Source of the DNA: Diplonema japonicum
Lineage: Eukaryota; Protista; Euglenozoa: Diplonemea
Reading direction: 5' to 3'
Length of the DNA: 64,000 nucleotides
Assembly (NCBI GenBank): GCA_964019335.1
Contig: OZ025678.1
Location: forward strand, 496,001-560,000
A program made the translations under genes and the position numbers. How positions within the stretch are numbered: position 1 is the first letter of the stretch; every line of letters begins with the position of its first letter. Below the pieces are notes generated by a model. That model saw nothing but the letters and a program-made list of their open reading frames with translations, was not told where the DNA came from and ran no database searches. Shown in pieces: positions 23,612 to 36,508 of the stretch.

Positions 23612-25579
23612 GTGAAGAAGCCGAGGACAGCAGTTCGATGTGAAACGAGCGGACCGCACAAAGAGCGGTGGACGCACGTCAAGGTGTCGCTAGACGCTGA
23701 CAAACGCTGGCTCCACATAGTGAACGTCTACTGCCACTCCGGCCAGGACCCCATCAAGAAGGGAAAGCGAGAGGAACTCCTGAACTACATACTGCACCGC
23801 CTGAGGTTTGAGCTTGGGAACGTGCCAGTGGCGGTGGTAACACCTATGAACACCCCAGTACTGAAGAAAGCTCTGCAGACGGATTGGATTGACGCCGCGG
23901 ACTTCTGTGCGAGGCGGGAAGGGACACCACTGGAGGACACCTTCGTGAAGACCAACAGTGGGACAAGGATTGACAGGATCTTGTTGAACACGGTGGCAGC
24001 GCAGGGCCTCAGACACTGTAGGGTGGACGGCTCAATCCTGGGCTCAGATCACCGCTGCTTGGCAGTCACCCTCGACGTCCCGGCCTTCCACCAGGAAGTC
24101 CTGAGATATGTGGTGCCGCAGGAGATCCCGAAGACAAAGAAAGCGCCTGCTGCGGCGGCAAACCTGGTGCAGGAGTCGAGATACAAGGAGTACATCGCAG
24201 CAAAGAAGCCGACAGAAGCGCTGACTGAAATCTCGAACATGGCGGAGACATACCTCTTACATGGGTACGAAGGACCATCACGAGGATCGTACACAGGGAG
24301 GGGAAACGTGCGGAGGCCAATACCCATGGAGCTAAGCGCGAGGTCGACGGGGGCGGCAGTCGGGGCTGCCCCCAACAGGCAGATACGGCTCGAAAAGCTC
24401 AAGAAGAAGATACGAGACAGGATATCGCGACTGCAGGAGGAAGGAGGCTGCGGAGTGATGTCGACAGAGACCCATAACTTGTTGAGGAACAGAAGGCACG
24501 TGACGGCCTGGATGAATAACAGCACCAAGCAAGGGACACAAACAGTGGATGCAGCTGACGGAGGAGTGACGGCCAACCTGAAGATGGACAAAGTGATGCG
24601 GACGGCGTGGTCGGACATCTTCTGCGCACGAACACCAGAAGACGAGCCGCAGTTCGACGAGTTCCAGAGACGGTACGGTGAGCACATCAAGAGCAACCCG
24701 ATGGCACACGCCCCCATCGACGCCAAGCTGCTGAAGGAGGTGATCGGTAAGAAAGCGGACAAGGGGGCATGCGGCGTGGACGGCTGGCGGATTGGTGAGT
24801 TGAAACGCCTGTCGATCCTGCAAGCGGCGGACCTCTTCAACTTGATAGAGGAGACGGGCGAATGGCCGATGCAGGTCACGACGGCACTCGTATCCCTCAT
24901 CCCAAAGGGGGAAGGAACGGCACCAGCTGGCACTGGTGGAGGACGAGCCGCTAGAAGGACTTGCATTGGACTTCAGGAAGTGCTTCGATCTGGTCCCGCA
25001 ACAATTGTCGCACGAACTGATGCTGCCCTGGGACTAGACCCAGCAATCGCACGAGCACTCCAAGGAATGTACGGGCAGATCTCGAGGAGATTCAAGTTCC
25101 CCATAGGAATAGGGGCCACCTTTGAAGCAACGAATGGGATACTCCAGGGGTGCCCGCTGTCGGTGATCATAATAAACGCCTTACTGGCTGTGATGATCAG
25201 GACAATCGAGAAGGAAGCACCTGGAACGGAGGTTCTGTCCTATGCAGATGACACGTACCTTCTGGCAGAGTTGGAGAAGACCTTGCAGGCTGCGGTAAAC
25301 GGAACTTTGGAGTTCTGCGGACTCACTGGGATGAAGCTTAACCCGGAGAAAACGGTAGCGTTTGGCACGAAGAAGGACTTCCGGTCAAAAGTACTGGGTG
25401 ATAGGACAGTAACACAGAAAGGGAGAGAGGTCGCAGTCCCCTATAGAACAGTGACGTCGTTCAAGGCACTGGGCGTGATGGTGTTCACGAACAGGACAGG
25501 AACGACGTGGAACAAGCCAGCGACGGAAGCGGCCAATACGGCTCACAGAGGACCCCCTTGGGACCGGTGGGGAATCTGA
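23612..25579 (+). pseudogene. APE-RT polyprotein remnant of the LINE
   Basis: Largest surviving ORF. It contains the APE C-terminal half and RT motifs QG/YADD, and is broken by frameshifts and deletions. Confidence 0.88.
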
Positions 25580-26492
25580 TATGCAGGTGGATGCCGAGAA
25601 TCGGATGGGACTGGGAGAAGATGGAAATAGCCACAGAACTTGAGTGGCCCAAACGAGGAAGCGCCTTCAGGGCGGCTGTAAGGGCAGACAGGAGTGCGAC
25701 ACTAGTAGCGGAACGGAAGACGGTCATCGGACTCGGGGAAGGAGCAGACTACAAAACGAATGACCTCTGGAGGACAGCTAAAGATCGCCATCTAGCTTTC
25801 TGTATCAAGAGGGTAATTGCGGGAGGGATCCCCTACCTGAGTCCGTATGCCAAAGCAGGACCAAAGTGTGTACCCCCCACGAATGAGGACGACGAGTCCG
25901 AGGGACGGAGCGAAGAAGAGGAAGATCAAGACGAGCCAGCGGCGCATGAAGGACAAGACGAGTCGGGATTTGAATGTGACCTCTGCCCGACCAAGCATGC
26001 GGACACAGTAACACTGCTACGCCACCAGCTGTACGAGTGTCCGCCAGCACGAGAGGAGCTGATGCGGGAGGAAGGCAGAATCAAGCTGTTGGTGGAAAGA
26101 GCCAACGCAGTGTGCAGAACGAGACGGATAAGACGCCCCTTCCCTGCGGACGGGGCAAAGAGGGTCAAGTCGCTCACAGCGATCGGAGGCAAGGCTGCAA
26201 TAGGCTTTAACAGGAGACCGATCTTCGCATCAAGACAGACAGCGCAAAAGCTACAGTTGAAAGGGACATACAAGAAAGAACGCGTGTCTACGAAAAGCTT
26301 TAAAGGCGACAATAGGAACGAAGGCTATGCTCCAGAAGGGGAGCATTAATAGATAGGAACTCACACCACAAGAGGCTGTCCTCAAGTGGGATTGTCTTTT
26401 ACTATGAGTTTTATTTTTATATTTACTTGGTTTTTTCTCATAGTCCAAGTGTTCTATGCGTTCTTTGTATTTGTAGTCAGTGTACACATGAG

Positions 26493-28436
26493 ATGGCCTG
26501 CACGGAGGAGTCGTTGGTTGCCTCGTTGTTGTTGTTTGATCACAGTCTGGGTAGGAGGAGCAGCACTGTGGTGGCCCTGCAGCACTATGACTGGTGTGTG
26601 AAGGAAGGGTTAACTATTGCTGCGAGCATCCCGAGGGTGGCGCGACTAGTGAAGACCGCACTGCCCTCGATTACGGAGTTCAACAAATATTGTGATTGGA
26701 TGAAAAGCTGCTTCACCAGCAGAGGCCTCTTCCGCCACGCTCTTAACAAGCACATGAAGAATGTTCGCCGTGTGCAGCGTACCTTCCGCCACTACCAACA
26801 GGTCCGCGAGGCACAGATCGCCTTCCACTGCCAGCTGTGGACCAGCTACGAAACAGAGCTCCGTGTCGTTAAAAAACAAGAAATCGCTGAATACGTCAAA
26901 AACACCTCCAAACAGGCCCGCAAGCAGGAAGGGGACAAGCTTTACAAGGCATACATGGCCCTCGATGTCCCTGATCATGTGAAGCGACAGTACGTCACCT
27001 CCATGCGCACCGAGATGGTCATCAAGTACATAAAGGAACACCGCTCATGGAGATTGGCCTGCAAAGACATGCGCAAGGCTGCTTACCTCGAGCCTGTGTT
27101 TCGCTTCAAGCTCCCTCCAGCAGCCATGGTCAGCTACCTTTCCAAGAACCAAAAAAGCGAGATCCAAAAACTCTCCAGCTTCGTCCTCAAACGCCTAACC
27201 CTGCGTGCCCTGTCCCGGACCATCGTCTCCCTCTTCTCTCTCGTCAAGATACAGAGCCTCCCTCCCGAGAAGCGGCCCAAGTTTAGAGTGACACCGAAGG
27301 TGCGAACAATAGCTCTTCTCTTCAGCATCACCCAGAAGGAAGCGACGCCTGAGCTGCCTTCCTGCTTGATGCCAATCCTGACGCCGCTGCAACACACAGT
27401 TGTAGACAGCACGCCCCTCGGGACTTATGGATACGAGTGGGACGCGATGAAAGCCAAGAAGCAGAAGACGAAAAGCATGCTACAGTCCATCAATGAGTAC
27501 CTGACGACGCAGCACCGCAACGAGGTGCGCAACGGCATGATATCACACTTGGCGGTGACGCAGAACTTACGCAGCATGATAGCCCTCCCGCCAGGTTTGA
27601 CCCACGAGCTTGGCCAAACAGATCCCAAAGTGGCGAGGAGCAGACGCCTCATCATGGCGCAAATGTTAGAGGACAAGCTCTTGAGACATCACAAAGTAGG
27701 AGTGGCACCAGCTGCTGACGCTCCTTTGTGGTTATCTGCTACTGCTGTGTGTGTCGGGTCAGCTGCTCTGGTGGTGTGTATCCCTTCTAAGGTGCAGAGC
27801 GCCGAATCGTGGCACACATTGGTGGTTCTTTCAGCCGCTTATGTATGCCGATTCATGTTGGTGAAAAAGATAATAAGAAAGAACCGGGTTCGGCAGAATC
27901 TACAAGAGACCATCATGAAGGCAAAGACATGCAGGAGAGGCAAAAGGATGTTCGTGTCCAACCTGAAGCCCGTAAGCTCCGCAGGCAACTTCTTGGACCA
28001 CCCTACGTTCTACGTGTCGAACCCTTCTGAGTACGCAGACGGCGAGTCCTTCGAAGAGGAGCAAAGTGAGCAAAGCAAGCAAAGTGAGCAGGAGGATCTA
28101 GAGGCATTTGGGGACTTCTTTGAAAACCTCGGAGGACTAGCTCTGCCCTCGGAGCCCCTCATCAAGCCCGTCTTCGATGAGACCGACATCCGCCTCGTAC
28201 CCCACACACCTGTGGTAGCTAAGGACAGCAAGTTCTGGGAAAGATGGGGACCCCCCCAGACAGCTCGCCCCATGGTCAGACCCCTGGTACACCCGACACC
28301 CCATTGCAGGCCCCATGCACGGTACTGCAAAGCGAATAAACCACTTCCTAAGCCTGTCTGGACACAGCACCACAAGGCACAATGGATAGACTTTCGATTG
28401 TCTCAAACAATTAATACTTCCAACAAGCGGAGATAA
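26493..28436 (+). CDS. Hypothetical basic protein with an IQ-like motif
   Basis: Long ORF with host-like codon usage and VRRVQRTFRHY. No family recognised; the start is uncertain. Confidence 0.6.
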   Translation: MACTEESLVASLLLFDHSLGRRSSTVVALQHYDWCVKEGLTIAASIPRVARLVKTALPSITEFNKYCDWMKSCFTSRGLFRHALNKHMKNVRRVQRTFRHYQQVREAQIAFHCQLWTSYETELRVVKKQEIAEYVKNTSKQARKQEGDKLYKAYMALDVPDHVKRQYVTSMRTEMVIKYIKEHRSWRLACKDMRKAAYLEPVFRFKLPPAAMVSYLSKNQKSEIQKLSSFVLKRLTLRALSRTIVSLFSLVKIQSLPPEKRPKFRVTPKVRTIALLFSITQKEATPELPSCLMPILTPLQHTVVDSTPLGTYGYEWDAMKAKKQKTKSMLQSINEYLTTQHRNEVRNGMISHLAVTQNLRSMIALPPGLTHELGQTDPKVARSRRLIMAQMLEDKLLRHHKVGVAPAADAPLWLSATAVCVGSAALVVCIPSKVQSAESWHTLVVLSAAYVCRFMLVKKIIRKNRVRQNLQETIMKAKTCRRGKRMFVSNLKPVSSAGNFLDHPTFYVSNPSEYADGESFEEEQSEQSKQSEQEDLEAFGDFFENLGGLALPSEPLIKPVFDETDIRLVPHTPVVAKDSKFWERWGPPQTARPMVRPLVHPTPHCRPHARYCKANKPLPKPVWTQHHKAQWIDFRLSQTINTSNKRR

Positions 28437-28592
28437 CCCTTGTATTCTTTCTTTTTACGGGGTCTTCAAGTGGGATTTACCCTTAAACATCGCCTTTTTT
28501 CTTTCTCTCTTCCTGTCCTGCCCTTCCGGAATAGGTAGGATGTGCTTTCGATGATATTCCAGTGCCACAGCATTCATAACATTACAGGAGTC

Positions 28593-29966
28593 ATGACGTT
28601 CGATGTAGGGCCTGCAGGGCATGCGAAGGCTCTCTACAGCACATACCTCGGAGGCAGGGCCATGGTGCAGCCGTACCTTTCAGTCACATTTCATGACAAA
28701 GGTCTCAGTACTAGTGCAATCGGTTTCCTTCTTGCTGGTGCGCCGTTGTGTGTCGCAGTGTGCGGTCCCTTGTGGACACTGGCTGCTGATGTCACGAGCA
28801 ACCCGGTGAAGCTCTTTGCTGTGTCGGCGATCGTGTCGTTCCCGTCGATGGTCTTGTACGCGCTCCCTGGGTTGGAGGTCTCCATCGTCGGTGTCATTGG
28901 GTACTTCTTCGCACAGGCAGCGCACTTCCCTCTCGTAGACAGATTGGCTGTTGCGCTTACCGAACGGAACTCCTTAGATTGGGGGAAGCAGCGGATGTGG
29001 GGCACCATTGCATGGGCCGTGGGCGTACCTTTAGCGGGGTTGATTTACGACAGCAACAACGACTGGGTGCGGGCCATTCCTCCTGCGGTGTACGCACTGA
29101 GCCTCGCACTGAGCACTTTGATAATGCAGCGCGACGTGTTCACCGTGTGTCAGGAGGAGGCCACTGGGGGGTTCACTGCTTCATCGTTAAGTGAAATAAA
29201 GAAGGTGCTTTGGGACTTCAAGGTGATAGTTTTCCTGCTAGTGGTGACATCTGTGACTACTGGCATCCACTTGGTTTTTGTGTATGTATACTTGCACTTA
29301 GAAGACCTGGGCGCCAGCAGGCTTTTGATGGGGTTCAGCACCGCGATGGGCATGGCATCGGAGATACCGCTGCTGGCTGTTTCGGAAGCAGTGATGAAGC
29401 GTGTGGGCATATCGGGTATGGTGTTCATATCTTGCATGGCACAGAGTGTGAGATTCTACTTCTACGCACTGTTGAAGACACCGGGTTACGTGCTGTTCAT
29501 AGAGCCCTTACACGGGATTGCTTTCGCTTTTGCGTGGTCCGCTGCTATGACCTACGTCACGAAGATCTCCCCCACTGGCACCAGGTCTACCATGATGGGC
29601 ATTCTAAGCTGCCTAACATGGGGTGTTGGCCCACTGATAGGAACTGCTCTGGGCGGGTTGGTCTACGACGGTGTAGGAGCACCTGCCTTCTTTGGGGGAT
29701 TCGCGACATACCTCCTTGTGATCGCTGTCTTCTATGCTGTGGTTGAAAACCCATTCGCGCAAATAACGAGACAGTTGGCCCCCGAAACTGATACCCCCGA
29801 GCTCCTCGTCAATGAGGAGCACGGCCCGTCTGTGGACCAGGAGCTGCACTCCCTTTCAAGCCAACAAAACGAAGAGAATGAGGGTCCTGGTCCCACTCCT
29901 CACGACCTATCGCCCACTATAGACTCCACCACTGTAGACCCTACCACTGCAGACCACGAAAACTAA
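28593..29966 (+). CDS. Major facilitator superfamily transporter (MFSD6/MFS_1-like)
   Basis: About 12 hydrophobic helices, WGKQRMWGTIAW, SEIP and FIEPLHGIAFA motifs. Confidence 0.88.
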   Translation: MTFDVGPAGHAKALYSTYLGGRAMVQPYLSVTFHDKGLSTSAIGFLLAGAPLCVAVCGPLWTLAADVTSNPVKLFAVSAIVSFPSMVLYALPGLEVSIVGVIGYFFAQAAHFPLVDRLAVALTERNSLDWGKQRMWGTIAWAVGVPLAGLIYDSNNDWVRAIPPAVYALSLALSTLIMQRDVFTVCQEEATGGFTASSLSEIKKVLWDFKVIVFLLVVTSVTTGIHLVFVYVYLHLEDLGASRLLMGFSTAMGMASEIPLLAVSEAVMKRVGISGMVFISCMAQSVRFYFYALLKTPGYVLFIEPLHGIAFAFAWSAAMTYVTKISPTGTRSTMMGILSCLTWGVGPLIGTALGGLVYDGVGAPAFFGGFATYLLVIAVFYAVVENPFAQITRQLAPETDTPELLVNEEHGPSVDQELHSLSSQQNEENEGPGPTPHDLSPTIDSTTVDPTTADHEN

Positions 29967-30046
29967 AATAGTTAGTTACACTCTTAATAAATGTATCAAT
30001 ATAGTATTTACGACATGATATCAAGCACATATTACCACAGGAAGCG

Positions 30047-33000
30047 ATGGGGAACAAGCAAGCCCGACCCAAAGATGACGCAGACCTAGAAGGGTTCAAG
30101 ATTGATGAAGCATTGAAGGCGCCTGACTTGAGCGACATCGAAAAGGCCCTTGCGGCTGCAGACGGTCTAGGGGGGGACATCGATGTGGGCGACCTTGATG
30201 TGGGTATGGACTTCAGTAGGGACGACGATGATGATGACACGATCAATGAGGCCGACATGAAGGACCCAGCGATGCTCGCCATGCTGAACGACATAGGTGC
30301 TGTGCCTGATGAGTGGAAGCAGCCTACAGTACCTAAGTCTCTTACAAAAGAGGATATATTTGCCATGGTGAAGAAGCTCTCCTCAGGTGGACAAGAACAC
30401 AAGGAACATGCTCTCATTCTACAAACACACGAGCAACGCATTCTCAGCGTTCGGAAGATGGTCATCACGGCAAAACGGTCCAACCCCGGACAGGCTAAGA
30501 AGTTCGAAGAAGAAGTAACAAGGCTAGAGAAACAAAGAAAAACCTTGATCGTCACAGCGGAGGAGCTAGTAAAGGAATCTGAGTCCATGAACGAGCTTGC
30601 AGGGATGACAAAAGAAGAAATTGAAGATATGATTGCATTGGGATGGGAACCACCTAAGCCTAAGGAACGTCCTAAGCCGAAGGCCAAGCCAGCTGCAAAA
30701 GCACCCCCTCACGTCATAGAACTGGTCTCCGAACTGACGGCAACAAACAAGCCATGTGCCTACGAACACGTTCTGGCACTGGAAGCAAATGAAAATGCTT
30801 GTGCATCGGCGAAAGCACGTGCACTTGAGATGCACAAGAAAGGCGACAAACCAGCAGCACTTGACGCTGCAAAAACGATGAAGCAAGCGGAGGCGGAGCG
30901 AGGGACTCTGGTCGAGGCGGCTAAGGCTTACTTAGATGAACTGGCCAAGGAGCAGCAGAAGCAAGAAGCTGGTGGTGACGTTGAGCTCACAGAAGAAGAC
31001 ATGAACGACCCTGATTTGTTGGCGGCACTTGCAGACCTCGGGGGCGTCCCAGCGTCTGCAGTTGAAGAACAAGAAGCTGAAGACGAGGTAGAAGTGACGG
31101 AGGAGGACATGCAAGACCCATCGCTTTTGGCTGCTTTGGCTGAGATCGATAACAAGAAGATGCCTGTGTCCAAGCCAAGCACCAAGAATGCCAATCCGCC
31201 GTCATCACCTGAGAATAAGAAGATGCCTGTGTCCAAGCCAAGCGCCAAGAATGTTAAGCCACCGTCATCACCGGAGGACTTCGTGCTCGTCGACCCTACT
31301 GAAGGTGGCCTTGCTGACGGCAAGCTGAAGAACAAGAAACAAACAGGTAAGATGCCTGTCTCTTTGCCGCCCAAACCGACTCCTAAACAAGCTGCACCAA
31401 CTCCTGCGTCTACTCCTATTGCACCGGCTGCAGAAGGTGTTCCTGCTCAGGCACCAGTCGTGAAAGAACAACAAGCATCTGTGCCTGCCCCTGTTGCAGT
31501 GCATGTGCCTGTTGAGAGCAGTGCCCCACCTCCCGAACAACCCAAACAAGCTGCGCCTTCGACACCAGTGACGGATGCCCCTCGTCAGTCAAGCACGCAG
31601 AAGTGGGATGAACATGCTAAGGAAGTGATTACCCTCCTCGAGCAGCGCCGACAGAAGGCAGTATCAATGCAAGATACGCAGAGCAATGAGGAATGCAAGG
31701 CCGCCGTTGCAGAACTGGAAGCGAGTTTGAGTAACGTCGTGGTGCTAAGACAACAGGCAACTGAGCTGAAGAAGAGTAACCAGCAACTGAAGATGATGAA
31801 ACTGCTGAAGGAATGCAAAGCGAAGGAAGCAGACCTGCAGGTTTTGATCGAAAAGGGAGGAACAACAGCGAAAAAGGAGGTAATGGACATGCGCGTGTCT
31901 CCAAAGGTGTTGGAGTTATTCAAGAGGTACGATGCGGACACGATGAAATGGAACCTGAAGCAGCTCAACAAGTGCTTAGTGCACTGTAAAGGGGATCTTG
32001 TGACAGAGGATGTTTGGAAGCAGCAATGCGAGGCCTATGGTCTGGATCCTACTGAGGGGATCACCGTGCAAGTGATGGAAAAATACATGGCACAGCACAG
32101 AAACATCGACCTTGACCTGAAGATGTCTGAGATGGGCATGGAAATTGATGCTGTTATCAGGAAAGCCATCGGACTTAAAAACGCTGGCGACTTGCAGGGT
32201 GCCAAAGAGTACGTCGTCAGGAAGCGCAGCATGGAGATCTCGCGTGACAACTACTACGCGACCGAGATGGCTCCCGAGCCAGAGCCTGAGGTATGATATC
32301 CCCTTCCTGTGACAAACAACAGCCTCTCGACCCGCGCACGCAGGAGTTCTTTGATAGATACGACAAGAAGAAGACGGGACACTGGAACCTCAATGAGGTG
32401 TGTACAAAATCACAGAAAATAAAGAAGTAAAACAAAAAGGCAAAGAGGAGGAAAAGATAATGAATAATCCAACAAAACAGGTGAACCTGTGCGCAAAGCA
32501 CTGCGGCACTGACCTCATCACGGAAGCCATGTACACCGAGCAGTGTGAGGCGATGGGTTTGGACCCTGCACTGGGCTTCCCTGACACTGTTGTCTGCCAG
32601 GGCTACATGGATGGGTCGGCAGACATCGAAAGGGACATTAAACTATCTGACATCTCTCTCGAGATCCAGCAGGTGGTGTCGAAGGCCATAGCGTTCAGAG
32701 ACAAGGGGGACATCGAAGCTGCAAAGGAGGTGCTTGGTGCAAAGAAAAAGTTAGAAGCCGACAAAAAGGCCATTCTGGAAAATGCCAGCACAGCTGTCAT
32801 CCTGAAACCAGAAGAAGAGGCACAACCAGTGACTCAGGAGGCACCAAAGGTACGAACTCTTTTTTTGTTTCATGTTGCACAGCCGCCACCGCTTGACCCA
32901 CGCATCCAAGGCTTCTTCGACAGATACGATGTGAGTAAAACAGGGCACTGGAACTTGCAAGAGGTATATTCCTGACACACACCCATGCACCGCAGACAAA

Positions 33001-33753
33001 TCGTTGCATGAAGCACCTGGGAACTGATCCCATAGACGATGCCTCGTGGAGGGAGCAGTGCACCCAGTTGGGTGTTGACGTAGCTATCGGGTTGCCCGCC
33101 GCCATGGTCTGCCAGGGCTACATGGACGGGTCGGCCGACATTGAGAGGGACATAAAGCTGTCCGACCTCTCCACCGAGATACAGAAGCAAGTGTCCAAAG
33201 CGATTGCACTGAGAGAGGCGCTCGACCTAGATGGTGCCAAGGCAGCACTTCGACGCAAAAAGGAGCTGGAGGCTGAGAAGGCTGCGCTCCTGACAGCAAG
33301 TACAGATGCTGAGCCACAGCCTCCACAGCTCGACCCGCGCATCCAGTGCTTTTTTGATAGATATGACGTGAGCAAAACAGGACACTGGAACATCAAAGAG
33401 GTATGTGCTCGACTCGACTGTACGAATCACTTCTACAGGCAAATAGATGCGCGAAGCACGTGGGGGGGCCTGAGACAGGCGAGGCCACTTGGGCTGTCCA
33501 GTGCAGGAAACTAGGTGTCGACCCCAAGGTAGGCTTGCCTGCTGCTGTTGTATGCCAAGGCTACGTGGACGGGTCAGCCAACATCGAGAGGGATATTAAA
33601 TTGTCGGATATTTCTTTCGAAATCCAGAAGCAGGTGTCCAAAGCCATAGCCTGTCGTGAGGCCCTCGACCTCGACAATGCAAAGGAGGCGCTCAAGAAGA
33701 AGAGAGAACTAGAGGCAGAAAAGAAGGAGATTATGGAGTGCAAGAAAAACTGA
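30047..33753 (+). CDS. Putative myristoylated protein with DM14-like (CC2D1/Lgd-type) and EF-hand-like repeats (5 introns)
   Basis: MGNKQA N-terminus, VEVTEEDMxDPxLLAAL repeats, ALxxKxxGDxxxAxxxxKxxK helices and FFDRYDxxKTGHWN loops. Introns 32291-32322, 32398-32480, 32850-32882, 32964-32995 and 33401-33438 restore a single frame. Confidence 0.75.
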
Positions 33754-33897
33754 TCGGAACAATTTACAATGTACTATTTCTCAGCCCCCCTTTTTTTTTC
33801 AGTCTAGCCCTTTGCTCCTCTATCTGCTAGCTTCAAGACTGTTTTGAGATCCTTTGTTTCCTGTTATTAAACAAACCTACAGTACACCAGCTTTAAG

Positions 33898-36508
33898 ATG
33901 GAGGAGCTGAGCTTGGAAGAGATGAAAGAGAAGTTGATGGAGCGGCTGCAGCAAGGCGGGAAGCTTGGCACACTGAAGGCGGGTATAAGGAAGTTGATGT
34001 TTCACGATTTAAGTGAAGGAGGCCAGCTAGCGGTGGGGTCGCAGAAGAGCTTGTCACAAATAGCCTTAGACACAGTGGTGTTGGAGTACTTAAAGGCGGC
34101 AAAATACCACTTTTCGACTTCTGTTTTCGTATCGGAGGCGAACCTCACGAGCAGCTCTGTCAACAAGCTGACGTTGGACGATGCGCACAAGGTGCTTGCA
34201 GACCTCGACACCACGCACGACTGCATCCGGCCCCTCTTGCAGACGTTGCTGCAGGTGCGCCGTGCTGGCTATGTGGACTCGGAGGTCCAGGCAGGCGAAC
34301 AAGACGTCTTCCGACTGGACTACAAACTGCAGCAAATCGATGAGGACTTCAAAATGCTGCGCCTGCAACAAAAAGAGCCCTCCGTCACAGAGCGCATGCG
34401 ACGCTTTGAAGAAGAGCAGCACGAAGCATCTAAGAAAACCATCGCTGAGGAAGTCGAGAGGTTCAAGCGACACGAGCTGTCACAAGTGCGGCTGGAGGAA
34501 GCCGCCAAGTACGAGAAGAAACTGGCCGAGAAGGTACGCGAGCTCTCCGAACAAGACAGGAAGATGCACCACGAAGTGCAGATGGAGAAGTATGAGCTGC
34601 AGTCGAGGCAAAGGGCCATCGAGTTTCAAGCCATGCAACTGGAGAAGGAGCGTGTGGAGTACACACAAGCACTCCAGGCACGCGAGTCTTCTATGACAAC
34701 GGTGCAGAAGGAACTTATTGCTAAGGACACTAGAATGCAGCAGCTAGACGTGCAGCTCGAGACAACACGGGCGGAGCTGAGGACGAACCGCGAGCTATGC
34801 AGCGAGCTGCAGATGAAGCAGCACCACTATACATCAGAGATTGCCAGGATGCAGAGTGAGCATGATGTAGAGCTGCAGAAACGTGCCGACGAATGGAGCA
34901 GGTGGCATAAGGAGAGGTCACAAATCATCATGGAGTTCGAAAGGAAGACCGAAGAGAGTGATCTGCTGCTGCAAAACAGGACTGAGGAGATGCGAAGAGA
35001 GTTCGAAAGCAAGAAGCGAGCAGCTAACATTGAGTTGGAAAAGGCCAAGTCACAACTGCGAGCGGAAGAGGAAAGCCTTCGTGAAAATGTCGAGAAAGAG
35101 GTAAAGGCAGGTTTCTCATGCCAAATAACAGAGTTGCAAGAGAGGCAAGCTGAGTTCTGCAGATCTATGGTGGAAGCGCAAATGAAACTGGACCAGAGGC
35201 GGCAAGAGCTTGATAAGTATGTTGACACTACTACCAACCACAAGTAACAGGGACGCAAAGCTCTTCCAACACAGGAAAGTAAAACCTCGCAAAAACGTGC
35301 GAGAGCACGTATCGCCACGTAGGATACAAAAAACACGGTTGAAAGAGACACTGCTGAATGACACCCCGGACTTGTTCCTAGAGGAAAGCAGCCCTAGCAC
35401 ACCAGGCACTGACGACATCATTCAGGTAGGTGCAATACATGGTTCTAACCTGCTACAGATCGTACGAGCGCAAAATAAAAGAAACTACCAGTTGCTCGGT
35501 GAAGCAGCGCCACTGCCCTCACCACATGTAAGACACGGGGTAGAGGCAGAATACGCACAACCTGTACCTAAACGGACCGTCAAGACACAACCACAAGAAC
35601 AGTATTTGCCCAGGCAGGTGTCTGAGAAGCCGGAAGAGTACCAGGCACGGCTGCAGCCAGAGGTGCAGTACCCACAGCAACAACCACTCGCGCAAGAAAG
35701 GAGCCATCCAAAGCAACAACATCAGCGCCAAGACGGCTATCGTCGGACTCCGTCACCTCGCCAACGGCAGCAAGAGCCTTTTTACCAGCAGCAAGAAAAG
35801 CAGCCACAACAGCAGCCCTCGCAAGACGATGTTCCCTTGCCTGCCTCCATAGTGTACAAGGGACCTACATCGCCACCACCTACTCCTGCCGAAACCGAGG
35901 GTTCCATTCCGGCCTCTGCACCTGCTTCGATGCCAGTCTCTGCTTCCGCATCACCGCGTTCACAGCACCCACACGATGCTCCCCACGCTGATAAAGAAGT
36001 TCCCGAGGCTACTAACATTCCTTCTTCCAACTCGTCCCCATCTCCTCCCTCTCCTTCACCCGTGTTGCCCCCCACGGAAGATGAAGCAAAGGGAAGGATG
36101 GAGGCTATCAATTTAGAGCTCAGTGAAGTAACTCTAATATGTCAACAGTTCACGCAACAACGTCTCGTTATCGAAGAGGCGCAGTCACGGGTGGGACTTT
36201 GCACCGAGTGGACAATAAAGATGTTTGAGCTGTGTGAGCCTCTTGAGGTGCACAGGAGGGGGATGCTCGTGTGTGAAGGGGACGCTTTGCGCAGCAAACT
36301 AAGTGCGCAGCAGAAGGAAGAACACGCCGCTTTCCCCAACGCCCAGCTGGAGATGATGAAAAGGGTTGCAGAGGCAAAGGCAAAAAGAGAAGAAATAGAT
36401 CGCGCGCGACGCGAAGCGGAGATTGAAGAAGAGGAAAGCGTTGAGCTGGAGCCCTTCCAGGAATCCAGCTCGGAGTCAGGAGCCAGCGAGAACAAGTGGG
36501 TGTTCTAG
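33898..36508 (+). CDS. OFD1: OFD1-like centriolar/basal body protein (LisH plus coiled coil; 1-2 introns)
   Basis: LKAGIRKLM..LDTVVLEYLKAAKYHFSTSVFVSE (LisH) and EEVERFKRHELSQVRLEE. Intron 35217-35250 joins the two ORFs; 35426-35458 is a probable in-frame intron. Confidence 0.8.

Larger units (their letters stand above)
22391..26406 (+). mobile_element. Decayed non-LTR retrotransposon (ORF1 coiled-coil/Zn finger; 2A-like; APE endonuclease; RT; C-terminal Zn finger)
   Basis: APE motifs: ILTHNGSSLN, DVFCMQET, RGGLGTLV, VNVYCHSG, TF..TRIDRIL, SDH. RT motifs: GVDGW, LIPKG, DFRKCFD (24969, shifted frame), GILQGCPLS, YADD (25241), LNPEKT. C-terminal CDLC..HQLYEC. Frameshifts are present and RT motif 2 is deleted. 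Confidence 0.93.
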
